Shown piece by piece: positions 24,690 through 37,969 of a DNA stretch of 64,000 nt; position 1 is the first letter of the stretch; each line of letters begins with the position of its first letter. The notes beneath the pieces are model-generated. The model had not been told where the DNA came from, did no database searches, and saw nothing but the letters and a program-made list of their open reading frames with translations. The position numbers and the translations under genes are program-made. Source of the stretch: Hypanus sabinus (Eukaryota); contig NC_082732.1 in NCBI RefSeq assembly GCF_030144855.1, positions 23,622,001 through 23,686,000 on the forward strand, read 5' to 3'.

Positions 24690-27600
24690 TTTGAAGAGGA
24701 TACATTGGTTGTAATCTTCCAGAATTCCATAGATTCTAGAACAGTTCCCACTCATTGGAAGGTAGCAAATGTAACCGCATTATTAAAGGAAGAAAGGAAG
24801 AAGACAAAACTACAGAGCAGTCAGACTGAAATCTGTATCAGAGATAAATGTAAATCCAATAAGGAAATGGCAACATAGCACAGAAAATAACAAGACTAGA
24901 CACAATCAATATGTATTTCTTTAGGGAAAATCATGCTTAATAAACCTGTTCATTTGTGTTGAGGTTTCATCTAGCACAGTAGATCTAGAAAAAGTTATGT
25001 GGGGTATTTGAACTTTCAGAAACCCAAGGTGCTGCATGACATTATTAAACAAAATTAGGGTCTACTGTATTAGTGGTAATTTATTAGTAGGGATTGAGAT
25101 TTGTTATTGGCCAAAAAATCCAAGGAGTAAATACATCATTTTTCCATTGGGAGGCTGAGAGTCATGGAGTACTGCAGATATGGGTGCTGGGACACCAACT
25201 GTTTACAACTGAAATCAATAATTTAAAAAGGAGGTGAACCAAGTGCAATACATTCAAGTTTGCTGATGGTAGAAAGCTGATGGCAATATGGCTCTGGATC
25301 ATTGGAATTTCTTCTGGGGAAGGTACGACCTGAACAAAGGGGACGGGTTGCACCAGAACAACAGGGGAACCAATATCCTCACAGGCAGGTATCCTACAGC
25401 TGTTTGGGAGGGTTTAAACTACCTTGGCAGGGGGATGGGAACCAGAGGCACAGGGTTGAGGATGGTGCAATTGGTTTACAAACAGAGCTAGTGTGTAGTG
25501 AGACTGCTAGCAAGGACAGGCTGATGATAGGGCAAAATTGCAAATCATAGACATCACAGTTACAGATTGGCTTGCATGACGTGTTGATATCACTAAATCA
25601 TGGCTGAAAGATTCTAGCTAGCAGCTTAACGTCCAAGGATAGACATCGTTTTGAAAGGATAGGTAGGTAGGAGGAGGGGGTGGTGTGGCTCTGTTGGTAA
25701 AAAATGAAATCAAATCATTAGAAAGTGACATAGGATCAGAAGGTGTAGAATCATTGCAGGTCAAGCTAAGAAACTGCAAGGGTAAAGAGATCCTGACTGG
25801 AATTACATACAGATCTACAAAGAATAGCAAAAATGTGGTTTACAAATTGCAACAGGAGATAGAGAATGTATGTCAAAAGGGCAAAGTTATGACAATCATG
25901 GGGGATTTCAATATGTAGGTATATCATGTTGGTGTTCAGTCCCAAGAGGAGGGAATTTGTAGAATGCCCATGAGATAGTTTTTTTAGAGCAGCTCATGAT
26001 AGAGCCTACTACGGGATCAGATATTCTGGATCTGGCATTGTGCAACAAAATGGAATTGATGAGAGAGGTTAAGGTAAAGGAATCCTTGGGAGGCAGTGGT
26101 CATAATAGAATTCACCATGAAATTTGAGAAGCTAAAGTCAGATGTATCAGTAATACAGTGGAGTAAAGGGAATTACAGAGACACGAGAGGAGCTGGCCAA
26201 AACTTATCAGAAAGGAACACTAGCAAGGATGACAGTGGAAACCTAGAAACATAGAAAACCTACAGCACAATACAGGCTCTTTGGCCCACAAGGTTGTGCC
26301 GAACATGTCCCTACCTTAGAAATTACTAGGCCTACCTATAGCCCTCTATATTTCTAAGCTCCATGTACCTATCCAAAAGTCTCTGAAAAGACCCTATCGT
26401 ATCCACCTCCACCACCATTACCGGCAGCCCATTCCACGCACTCACCACTCTCTGTGTAAAAAAAACTTAACCCCTCTGTACCTACTCCCCAGCAACTTAA
26501 ACCTGTGTCCTCTTGTGAAGCAGCAATGGCTGGAGTTTCTGGGAGCAATTGGAAAGATGCAGAATAGATAAATCCCAAAGAAGAAGAAATATTCTAAAGG
26601 CAGGATGATACAACAGTGGCTAACAAGTCAAAGCCAACAGAAAAGCCAAATAACAGGCATATAACAGAGCAAAAATTATTGGGAAGTTAGAGGGTTGGGA
26701 AGCTTTTTTCAAAAAAGGCAACTAAAAAAAAATCAGAAAGGAGGAAAAGATGGAATACAAAAGTAGGCTAGCCAATAATTTTTAAGTGGATACCAAACGT
26801 TTTTTTCAAAAACATGAAGTGTATAAGAGTGGTGAGAATGGATTTCGGACAGCTGGAAAATGATGCTGGAGAGGTAGTAATGGTACAATAATCAGCAGTT
26901 TTGGGTCCCTTATCTAAGAAAGGATGTGCTGACATTGGAGAGGTTCAGAGGAGGTTCACGAAAATGATTCCAGGATTGAAAGGTTTATCACATGAGGAGT
27001 GTTTGATGGCTCTGCCCTGTACTCACTGGCATTCAAAAGAATGAGTGGGGATCTCATTGAAACCTATCAAGTGACTGAAAACCATTGAAAGGCCTCAATA
27101 AGTGTTCATGTAGAGAGGATAATTCCTATGCTGGGTGAGTCTAAGACCAGACAACATAGGCTCAGAATAGAGAGACACCATTTAGAATGTAGTTAAGGAG
27201 GAAATTCTTTAGCTAGAGAACAGTGAATCTGTGGAATTCATTGCCATAAGTGGCTTTGGAAGCCAAGTCATTGGGTGTAGTTAAGACAGAGGTGATATTT
27301 TCTTGATTAGTTAAGGGCATGAAGAATACGGAGAGAAGCCAGGAGATTGGGGCTGAAAGGGAAATGGGTCACCCATGATGGAATTACAGAGCAGACTCAA
27401 TGGACCGAACAGACTAATTCTGCTCCTATACCTTACGGGCTGTGAGGAAGTTACTATGAAGCCTCAGAAGACAATGCAAGTTAAGTCAGTGAATGAAAAT
27501 GCACTTGGCAAATTACAGGAAATAAATGGAAAGGTAGAGCTTTTTTAAAAAATGATGAAAGGTTAAATGTTGGCATTCAAGTGGATGCATTTATACACAA

Positions 27601-28100
27601 TCACTGAGAGCCAATATGTAATTAGGATGACATACAGTTTTTCATTGCAAAAGGTTTGAGTACAAAAATAGAGTCACCTTGTTCCAAGTGGACAGGACTC
27701 TGGTGAGACTATATCTGGAACAGTTTACCTTAGGAAGCATGTAGCTGTGACATGGGGATGACAGCGAGTATTTACAAGTTTGATCTCTGCAATGGCAGGT
27801 TTATCACAGTTGAGGAGAGATTATGCAGACTGGGTCTATACTCTCATATTTAGAAGAATAAAAGTAAAAAATTAAAATGTAAAAAATATTTACAAAGTAG
27901 ATACGGGAATGATGCTTCCCCTGACTGGTGTGTCTCAAACCAGAGTGACAGTTTCAAGGAATTAACTGTTCAGGTTAAAGAGAAAAGAAATTTCGTCACA
28001 CCCTAAAGATCCTGAGAATCCTCAAATGCCAAGAATATTCATGACAGTGACTTGGAGAATTTAAAATGTCAAGGGAATCAAAGAGATATTGCAAGAAATT
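24690..28100 (+). mobile_element. Cluster of nested CR1 LINE fragments (ORF1 end, APE endonuclease, RT/3' ends; inverted CR1 tail at ~26240-26515)
   Basis: DGLHQNNRGTNIL (ORF1 esterase end), GGGVALLVK...IMGDFNM (APE), and 3' tails at ~27440; many stops and frameshifts. Confidence 0.8.
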
Positions 28101-28320
28101 GATGCCCCACATTAATCATCTTACTAATTGGGGGAGGGGAGGGAAGTAAGCTCCTCACAAACATCAAGGTATATGACTAAATTGGAAAACTGTTCCACAG
28201 GTCAGTCAAGCAATAGTCAGAAAATCCTTCTGGTGAGGAATGTACTCAATCAGATCTTGGTGATTTATATACCACAGCCTGTTGTCCAGTGATCCCAGCT
28301 GTAAAGATATTACTCTAGAA

Positions 28321-28401
28321 TAGGGGTTTCCAACCTTTTTTTATGTCATGGACCCCTACCATTAACTGAGGGGACCATGGACCCAAGGTTGGGAACCTCT
28401 G
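28321..28401. mobile_element. 81-bp hAT-type MITE
   Basis: TIRs TAGGGGTTTCCAACC / GGTTGGGAACCTCTG; 8-bp TSD CTCTAGAA/CTCCAGAA. Confidence 0.8.
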
Positions 28402-28659
28402 CTCCAGAACAAGATGAAGCTGGAGTTTGGTTCTGACATTGATTAAGCTGCCACATTTTAGTATACACTGTAACTTTAAATTTGTGGCCCAGCAAGGCTC
28501 CACATTTAAAAGTAAAATAATGAATGAGATAGAAAACAAAAGTAAATTCAAGAACTACCTACCACATTCTCCAACTGGAATTAGTACAGAGAAAGGTTGC
28601 TATTTGCATTATTACATACAAGTTCAGATTAAATTCCAACAAAGATAAATCTACCTAAT

Positions 28660-29475
28660 GACACAACAAAATGCTGGGAGTTACTCAACAGGTCAGACAG
28701 GATCTATGGAGGAAGAAAGAATAACCTCCATCCTTCTCACTTAGACCATAAGACACATGAGCAGAATTTGACCATTCAGACCATCAACTCTCCTCAACCA
28801 TTTCATTATGGCTGATGTATTTTCCCTCCTTGTAACCTTTCATGCCCTGCCTAAGTAAAAATCTCTCAATCTCCACCTTAAATATACACAGTGACCTGGC
28901 CTCCACAACAATCTGTGGCAATGCATTTCATAGATTCACCATCCTCTGAATAAAGAAATCCCTCATCTCTGTTCTAAATGGTCATCCCTCTGTTCCTAGG
29001 CTGTGCCCTCTGGATCTAGGCTCCCTTACTACAGGGGACGTCCTCTCCATATCCACTCTGCCTAGGCCTTTCAACATTCAATAGGTTTCAATGAGATCCC
29101 CCAACCTGTCCTTCTAAATTCCAGCAGGTACATGCCCAGAGCTATCAAATGCTCCTCCTACAATAACCCTTTCATTACCAGAATTCTCTTGAACCTCCTC
29201 TGAACTCTGTCCAATGTCAGCACATTCAACATCACATTTGCCTTCATCTTCCCTCCCCCACCTAGTTTCACCTCCCAGCTCTTTCTTCCCCCCTCCACCT
29301 CCTTTTTCCCTCTTCTTTTCTAGTCCTGATGAAGGGTCTCAGCCCAAAACATCAGTTCTTTATTCCTCTCCATAGATGCTGTCTGCTGAATTTCTCTTTT
29401 GGGGGGGGGGGGGCCGGGGGGGTTGCGGTTTTTATTACTCTGGATTCCCAGCATCTGCAGAATCTCGTGTTTATT
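28660..29475. mobile_element. Penelope-like inverted termini enclosing a minus-strand CR1 fragment (~28745-29220)
   Basis: pLTR unit on minus at ~28660-28715 and on plus at ~29320-29475; CR1 tail between. Confidence 0.65.
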
Positions 29476-29626
29476 TATGGATGAACATGTTAGTGATCCT
29501 AAATTAGACCGAGTTACAGAACATTACCTTAAAATGTATCATTTTAACCATGCAAGGATAGGAAAGTGTATTGATCTCCTACAGAAATTGTTAATAAATA
29601 ATTTTGGATGTAATTACTGTACTCAC

Positions 29627-29863
29627 TTTCTTGGGGTCTCTGCACAACAAAAGCTTCACCACCTGTCTCACATTTCTATGAATGTAGTTTGGCAAAGGTG
29701 GTAGCTTGTTCTCTTCATAATTCCTGCTCTCCAGATAATTCATTCCACGTGGATAAAAGGGATTCGGAAGTCCCAGAATCTCATAGGCTAGTGTACCCAC
29801 TGTCCAGGCATCAGATTTGCTATAATCAATGGATGCTCTGGGTCCAGGCACTGCTGTACAAAT
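29627..29863 (-). CDS. PINK1: PINK1 exon 7 (237 bp)
   Basis: IDYSKSDAWTVGTLAYEILGLPNPFY: kinase subdomain IX; CAG|ATT acceptor and AAA|GTGAGT donor. Confidence 0.97.
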
Positions 29864-30014
29864 CTGTAAAAAGGACAAGAGCAGGGGTTTGATTTAAGCC
29901 ATTGTGCATCAACATTCACACTTGTTTTGAATGTTGCTGTGAAAATGCATGTTGCGACTCAAACACAAACCATGCACAAGTGCCAGGTTCGTTTTGTGCT
30001 CCCCCAGCACTTAC

Positions 30015-30142
30015 CTCAGGAGCCATGAGACAGGTATTTCCTCCCCGGTCAACCTCCATACTGGTAAAGGGAAGCTTCAATCCACGATCACAATTTGCCA
30101 GACAGCAGCCAAAATCTGTGATCACTAAACGTGGCCAGCCAA
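30015..30142 (-). CDS. PINK1: PINK1 exon 6 (128 bp)
   Basis: [11 protein letters not shown]...[12 protein letters not shown]: DFG to APE activation segment; GAG|GTAAGT donor. Confidence 0.97.
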
Positions 30143-30796
30143 CTAAACAGTGGACAAAAATAGAAGAATTGCATTTATATTTTTGCTTCACAAACTGCCT
30201 TTATTAAAAAAGTTACAACTGAGGGCAAAGTGATACAAAAACTTTCTGAAACATGTTTAAGCAAATGCCTCCTGGGGTATCATAGAAATAGTATGGTGGG
30301 TACTGCATGAATAATTGACAGTAAACACTTTCATCTTTTACAAAAATGTAAAACAAATTTATATTGTATACATAAGGTCAGATCTTGCCCCTATATGGTA
30401 GTATGTTTGGGAATTCTGCACAAACCTTGTACTTCTTACCTTCATTTTCTTTGATGAGTCATGAAAAGTTTGCAAGTCTCTTTTAGAAAAAAAAAGGAGC
30501 GAAGAAATATTTGTGGTAGTGGGATAAAAAAAAACTTCAAAATGATGAAGCCACTACACATAATGTCTCCTTTTAGTTAGACATCGGTATATAATCAGCA
30601 ATGGTCTCTATGCCATTCACTGAACTGCTGTTGTATAGATTGTATTTTCAATTTTTGTGAATGTTATACTTTACCATTGTTTATTCTTTCCTGTTAAGAT
30701 TTTACTGAACATTTTATTGAACAAAAATTGTTTAAAGTCATTAAAAGTTTCAGAAATACTAACCTTGATAGTTTACAAAAATTTCCTTGCCCCTAC

Positions 30797-30960
30797 CTGA
30801 ATCGAACTCCACCAGAATATTATCAGCCTTCAGGTCTCTGTGTGCAATGCCATTCTGAACCAGATGATCCACTCCCTCTAGTAACTGAAGAATCATCTGC
30901 ACAGCATACCCACTCCAGGGGCTGCACACTTCCAAGTACTGCTTCAGGGTACAAGGATAG
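30797..30960 (-). CDS. PINK1: PINK1 exon 5 (164 bp)
   Basis: YPCTLKQYL...[15 protein letters not shown]: HRD catalytic loop; canonical splice sites. Confidence 0.97.
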
Positions 30961-31369
30961 CTAAGATACAAATGACAACTATCAGCTACAATTGGTTTGT
31001 CCAAAATGTACTGAAAGCCTGTTAAGAGATCCCACATCCACAAAGGCACCCAAAAATTTAACAGCACCTCATTGCATCGGCCCAAGGCCTTTTCTTCTAC
31101 TTTCATTTTCTCCTCCCACACCCCCCCCAACAATAAGGAACTGATTCTTGATTCAGAGATGCTCCTTTGTTCCAAAATCTGATTTCTTTAAAACATAATG
31201 TCAACAAAGCATGCAAGCGAATTATGTAGCCATGGAAACTTCAAAGTAAAGTTCTACGTTAAATCAATCTCCTCTGTGCACAGGAATGAAGGTATAGATC
31301 CCCAGCATGTGCATTCCAGTCCTATTGTCACAGAGATCAGCAAACTCAATATAGAACTGATGATCAGAG

Positions 31370-31615
31370 TCATGTGAAGCCATGGAAGCAGGTGGTGGAT
31401 GGTCACCACCAGCTGGTGCATATCACAAGTCTTGCTTATGCGACCATTGATAGGAGGCAAATTTTAAAGAGTATGGTTAATGGCTGGGATCAACCATCTT
31501 ATAAAGACACTGCCCAGAAGGAGGCATTGACACATCACTTCTGTAGAAAAATTTGCCACGAACAATCGTGGAAAGACCATGAATGCCCATGTCATACAAC
31601 ATGGCACATAACAAA
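31370..31615 (+). mobile_element. RTE-related SINE-like repeat (second copy on minus strand at ~60565-60905)
   Basis: Shared aaagacactgcccagaag...cacttctgt(a/g)gaaaaa core in two places, resembling RTE/BovB-type leader sequence. Confidence 0.6.
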
Positions 31616-32309
31616 CAAACAAATATGCCACAAAATCCCAACCTATTCTTTTTTTTAATTGCAGTTCACAGCATGTTTTGCTCAAGAACTAGTCCTTGGA
31701 ATGCTGCAACAAAACCCTATCCCAAGCTGCTTACAATACTATTACCAAGCATAGTGTGAGTATTAACTGAAATTATCTTAAGTATGAGCAATTATAGCTA
31801 ATAGATCTCAACAGTTTTTCATTCATTCCTGAGACAGCAAGAAAGGAGCAACAGTGAATCCACACACATGCAACATCCAGTAGCTATAAAAATCACATGT
31901 ATAATAGATCTGACTTGTGTACGGATTGCAAGTTCCTCGACAGGTATTGTAGCCCCACAGCTTTAATACGGTCACCATTTTGCAAAGATAATTTCTTTTT
32001 AAACAAAAGATAGACAATTCAGATAGATATAAAAAGAGGTCTGTGTAATAATCTAAAAATCAAAACCTTTCACATTGCACCATTATTTATAGTATTGTTC
32101 CAATATCAATGCAAGTTCTGTGAATCAAGAGGTAGAATACCTATATCCTGCTTATGTATGGTTATAGGCCCTTATGTTCAAAAACTCAGTCCATCTCTTG
32201 TGTTCTACACTGTGGCATATACTCATCCGTTCTATCATGGTCAGTTCAGGCTGCCTTCCCTTCCAATGTCAAGCACGTTCAGTCAGTAAGCATGGTTTAA
32301 ACTACTTAC

Positions 32310-32492
32310 CTTTTCATCACCAGAAAGAGGGTGTGGCTGCATCCAAACCCATTGGGATTCAAACTTTTGGGCAGTACATCAGGATACTCCTCCCATGCTC
32401 CGGTCAACAGAGGAAATTCAGCTGTAAATGCCCGGACAATCTGGATAATGTTTGGATGTGGTTTCAGCTTCCTCATGTTATAATAGGAGGAT
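32310..32492 (-). CDS. PINK1: PINK1 exon 4 (183 bp)
   Basis: LKPHPNIIQIVRAFT...YPDVLP...TLFLVMK, including the ubiquitin-binding insertion 3; AG|GTAAGT donor. Confidence 0.96.
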
Positions 32493-35238
32493 CTAACCAA
32501 AGTAAGAGAGAAAAATCATCTAGTTCAGGAGAAAATTACAACTAATGTCTGTGGCCTAGTATCTGTAGAAGAGATAACATTCAACATTATACCTTAATTT
32601 TTTTTGCATTTCCTGTCATTGCTTGTTTATCGATGTACAGATTTTGTAGGGTCATAGAATCTGACAACATACAGAGATACTTTGACCTAACTTGTTTATG
32701 CTGATTGTGATGCTCATATCACGAATTCCCGCTTTCTATCCTTTCACAGACTTACTTTTTGTTTTCTGTAAAAACTTGTTTTTACAGTAATTCTTTCAAT
32801 TCTGAAGTGTCCTGACATGAAACAATAATTTACTTTCCTATTTTACCTTATTACTGAATTTTCTTTTTCTACTTAAAATATTTCAATTGAAATTGCTGTT
32901 GCACTCCAACAGGTTGGTGGAGTTGCATTATTCACAGAATTCCTATCTCGACTCATGGTTTTTTCACTCCATGAATGTTTGTGTATGCAAACTTCAATCC
33001 CAAGTAGAGTAGCTCTAGTTCTGTTAACTTGTTCAAGCTTTGGGGGGTGGGGGGGGGGGGAGATCTTCCTAATTTCTTCTCTAATCTTCTACTGATTACG
33101 TTTAATCAATGTCCCTTAATAAACCTCTTTTGCATCCTCTCCAGCACTATCACATCTTTCCTATACATGTGTTGATGAGAACTCAATGTAGGACTCAAAT
33201 TATAAGAAACAATTGCTAAAAGTAATATTGTCATTAACATTCCTTGCCAGCAATGTACCTTAGTTTTTGTTTGTATTTCCTGTTATTGCAGTTTATTGAT
33301 GTACAGATTTACAGGGTCATAGAATCTGACAACACGAAGAGATACTTGTCTCAAATCGTCTATGATGATTGTGATGCTCATGCCACAAACATTTTAATGT
33401 CTCCATCACCTCATCATTCTGTATGGAGAAACTCACCTCAAATCTTCTTCAAATTCTCAAATTGTAGATTGCCCTACCTGGGAAAAAGACTCTGATCATC
33501 AACCCCTTCTTCCATGTTCCTCATAATCTTATAACCTCTATAAGATCAGCCTATAACATTCCACTGAGAACAAATCCAGTCTATCTAATCTCATTACATA
33601 ATGAAAACTCTCCATTCCAGGCAACATCCTAGTGACCATCTTCTACATTTCTTCCTAATATTACGACGTCCTTCTTGTAGTGCAGCAACAATAACTGTAG
33701 ATATGACTGATGCGTCTATTGTACAGCTGCAAAACTGTTCCAACTGTAACACCTCACATAAATTCTCTTCTGTAATCTAGCCATTATGTTGCTGTTTTCA
33801 GAAAACTATGAACTTGTAGATCAAATAGATTTTATCTTTTTGTATATTAACACCAAGATTCCTGCCATTAACTGTATGTATCCTGCCAGCATCTCTAAAT
33901 ACACTGTCTCACATTTGCCTGGATTAAATTCCATCTGCCGCTGCTCTGCTCAAATTTCAGCTGATCTATTTCCACTTATACAACCTACAACTCCACCAAT
34001 ATTAATGTGTAATTGTGTTCTATCTCTTGCGGTCATTGTAGTACCTTTCTTACAAGTTCACATTCTGACTCCCATCGGGGGAGTCTCATCATGGGCATTA
34101 GCCTCCCCAGCATAGAGGACACCTTCAAAAGGTGATGCCTCAGAAAGGCAGCATCCATCATTAAGGACTCCCATCACCCAGGAAGTGCTCCTCCATCAGG
34201 GCGGATATACAGGCGCTTGAAGACATACACTTAATGTTTTAGGATCAGCTTCTATCCCTCAACCTTTCTGGACAATGAACCAACCCATGTACACTACCTC
34301 ACTATTTTTGCACAATGAGTATATATATTCTTATTGTAATTTATGGTATTTTCACTGTAATGCAGTCATGAAACAAACTTCACGACACATTAGTGATAGT
34401 AAACCTGATTCTGATATACTAGAAACTTATATGTTTAATATTTCTCATCTCTACTGAGACTGATTCTATATCATGATTGCAGTGAGCTTGTCCTTTATTA
34501 AAGAACTACCTCACTTAGCCTTCTACGCATCTGTCTTTGGTTACCTAGCGACCATGTTCCTGTAATGGTTTATTTAACTGAATACGTTAATATATTTGAT
34601 TCAATTTGCATGGTCGCTTGTATAACCTTTATCACTTCTAGTCCTTTTGCCAGTCATGTGAAATGTGTGTTCTGATTATCAATCAATGATGTTGTCATTG
34701 GAAGTGATGGTCTAATGCCCATCTTAGTGTTTTATACACTATAGGGCATAATTGGCCTAAAACCACATTACAAATTAGGACAAGGGAACAGTCGGGAAAG
34801 GTTTAAATTAGATTGTCAAATGGGTTGGAATCCAAGGATACAATCAGAAGGGATAAAGCTAGGATGGAAATAGAACACAGGGGTTCCGCTCAGGAAAACT
34901 CAGAGGACAGAGAGAAAGAAAAAGGCAGAAGTACAGTTTATCAGTAAGGGACAGAGGATACAAGCACAAATGTATTCTAACAGGAGTCAGAATGAAGAAA
35001 ATGGATAAAATAAGACTAAAGACTAGCTAAATTCTCACAGCATTTTAAATAACAAACAGAAATTTTCTCTGCACTTTTACTTTAAATCAGACAAGCAGGT
35101 AAACTTAGATGACTGAATGTAACAGAAAAAGAAAAATCCACCCCATACCAACAGAATTTAACCTGCTGGTATATCTACAGTCATTTATTTCAACATATTC
35201 ATACTAAAAACAGGCATTAATAAAGCACCAATACATAC

Positions 35239-35345
35239 AGAACTAATCCTTTGGCTTTATTAAACTCTCCAGATAAAGCATTAGGGATGGTTGGCACCAA
35301 CTCCTTCCCCATTGTTCTCAGGATAGCATCACTGGATGACTCTGT
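35239..35345 (-). CDS. PINK1: PINK1 exon 3 (107 bp; TESSSDAILRTMGKELVPTIPNALSGEFNKAKGLV)
   Basis: Not in the ORF track; read manually. Contains the S228-equivalent autophosphorylation serine and alphaC glutamate (ELVP); TGCAG acceptor, CT|GTATGT donor; phase 2 joins exon 4 in frame. Confidence 0.93.
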
Positions 35346-37164
35346 CTGCAATGAGAAATTTACAATAAGGAGCTTGGAGGGTGGGGGGGGGGGGGGGGGG
35401 CATCCAGTTTAAGATCGCACCACATAAGCTGGGCGACAACTGACTGGTAGTTCATTAAGCAAGAAATACACTTAATACTTAATAACACTTTTTCCTATTA
35501 AGTGATTACCGCAAACAATGTAGAGGCAAATGAAGGCCAGGCTGACTCGTGGCGTTCATGTGCAAAGCAAAATCTGAGCATGGCATGCTTGAGAAGAAGA
35601 GGTTGGAGTGAAGTTGAGGCATATTCAAATGTGTGTGAGTCAGAACCAGAGATGGAGTTGGAGCAAGTGGAGAAATATTGGAGCAGAGTTGTTTTGGAGC
35701 CTAAACCAAGAGCAAAGTTGGAGCAATCTAAGCACCAGGCCGAATTGGACAGGTAGGCTACAGGTCGGAACTCGGTGGCGGAGTCCTGGGTCCCAGTGTG
35801 GGACACAACCCGGTGCTGGCCCAGATGGACTGAAAAGGTGGGTGTTGCAACCGCAGGTGAAGGCTGTGCCGCTTCTGCTCGCTGCTCCGCTGAGGCTGTA
35901 AGACTGCTCCGGGCTTCATGTCTGCAAGCTTTGCAGCGATTTGCCCCACTGTATAACAAATTGAGGTTGAGGCTATGGGCTTCATGTCTATGGGCTTATT
36001 TTTTGATCTACATGCTGTTATTTGCTTTTACTGTTTGCACAATTTGTGTTCCCCCCAACACACTGGTCTTTTTTTTAAGCTAGGTTTTCTCAGGTTTCTT
36101 GCTTTGAGGCTGCCTGTAAGCAGACAAAGCTCAAGGTTGTATAATTTATACATACTTTGATAATAAATGTACTTTGAACTTCGATATCATGGCAATAGTA
36201 TTTTGTCACCTAATAATCTTCATTATATGAGGAACCAGAATCAAGACACAAAGACGTAAATGCAAGCCATGACCCCACTCAGAAATCTACAAATTGTTAA
36301 TAAAGTTTCCAACAAATGATCTCTTTTCTTGCATTAAATTTGATACTTTAACTAAAGCAAGTAGTGTATTAGTGGCTGTTTTGTAAATTAAAGAGGACTA
36401 TGTGGAGAAAAAAATACAAATTTGACTTCAGTACCTGGTGGGAGTATAGAAAAGACCCAAATACCCCTTTCCCCTGAGACATAAATGGAACTTGATTCAG
36501 TTCCCAGTAGGTTCCTTCCTTGCTGAGAGAAGTGTTGATGTGAGGGAAAATTGAAGTCAGATCTCCTTGGTTTGCAGTATTAGAGGAGTCAGAGATATGA
36601 CACAGAAACAGGCTCTATAGCCCCCCAAATCCATGCCAACTATCAACCACACTTTTTACATTAAGCCTACCCTAACTGCTTTTTTCTCTTAATACATTCC
36701 CATCAGTTCATCTCTGGACTTTGTGGAGAAAACTGTGGTACTTAAGAGGAAACCTACATTGTCACAGGAGGAACACTCAAACTTTGTATGATCAGCACCG
36801 AACCCCAGTCAGAGCAGCAATGATGTCACTGGGCATTTCTAGGTGAGAAAAGTGCTAACTGTAAGATAACATCTCTACAGCCACCTATTAGTCTGAAGGA
36901 ATGATCTATCCTCTGCAATTGATTTTGGTACCACTTAGGAAGAGTTTAAGCGTTCTGCTGTATGGACCCAAAGATGAGGAAAATGCCAGTGGTCAGGTCC
37001 CTATGTACAGTGTGCAGAATCCAACTGCTGTCGATACTTTTGTTATAATTATTTCTCAATCCTACTGTCTCAGTTTTTCTTGAAATAATTTTGAGATTTA
37101 TGTTACTGAAAGTATATGCAGCAATTGAAAAAAATTCTCCCCCCCCCCCCCCGCATTTATTTAT

Positions 37165-37410
37165 TTACAGATACAGTATAGAACACGCTCTTATGGCCCA
37201 ATAAGCTGCACCACATAGCAACCTACATATTTAACCCTGGTCTAATCACAGCTATTTACAACATCCAATTAACCTACTAACCAGTACACCTTTGGACCGT
37301 AGGAGGAAAGTGGAGCAGTCACAAGAAGAATGTACAAATTGCTTAGGCTCAGCCTCAGAATTGAACTCCAAACTCCACGCTGTCATAGTGTCATGCTAAC
37401 CACTACGCTA
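37165..37410 (-). mobile_element. tRNA-derived V-SINE/HE1-like SINE (relatives at ~36590-36830 and ~45395-45655)
   Basis: Shared core cagtcaca.g.agaa.gtacaaa and tRNA-like head ending in gctaaccactac at three loci. Confidence 0.6.
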
Positions 37411-37549
37411 TGATCTGTATTCAAGCTCAATTCTAATACTGCACAAGCCTAAATAGTAATCTTTAGTTTGAGCTCAGATGGGGAATTTTCATTGTAAATC
37501 ATAAATACAAGAGATTCCGCTGATAACTGCAAATATCTGTTTAACTCAC

Positions 37550-37969
37550 GTTCAAGTTCCAAAGCATTTTTAAAGCCAGAGGGTGGCTAGTGTCTCCCAG
37601 GGGCCCGGCTTCCGGTAAGCTGGTGTCCTCCACAGGTCCAGAAGGTGGATCCCTCTCCAAAACTACAAAACTCAGACTTGATGATTCCTGCGAAATTGTT
37701 GAATTATTTATTATTTCGGAACAAATGCTGGAGATATCTGGTACAACAGCAGCTTTCTTTTCCTCATTTTTACTTTCCGGCTGTCGCTCCTTTGTCATTA
37801 TTTTACTGCTCGATTTTGGATTGGCTCCTTCAGAGATAAAGGCCTTGTATACAGCTGCATTACATCCTTTTCCAAGGGGGTCTCCAATCTTGTAATCTTC
37901 TAGACAATGGCCAATAGTGGGCAAAGGTACAGAGTTTTCATACTTAGTTTTCTTTCTTTTAAATTGTGT
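37550..37969 (-). CDS. PINK1: PINK1 exon 2 (420 bp, with expanded insertion 1)
   Basis: LEDYKIGDPLGKGCNAAVY (Gly loop) ... PLALKMLWN (catalytic Lys); GGCAG|ACA acceptor, AAC|GTGAGT donor; open frame throughout. Confidence 0.95.

Noticed and set aside
35498-36083. Overlapping ORFs in PINK1 intron 2 as a nested gene
   Set aside because: Runs into a recurrent LINE-type 3' tail (tactttgataataaatgtactttga); no recognisable domain or exon structure.
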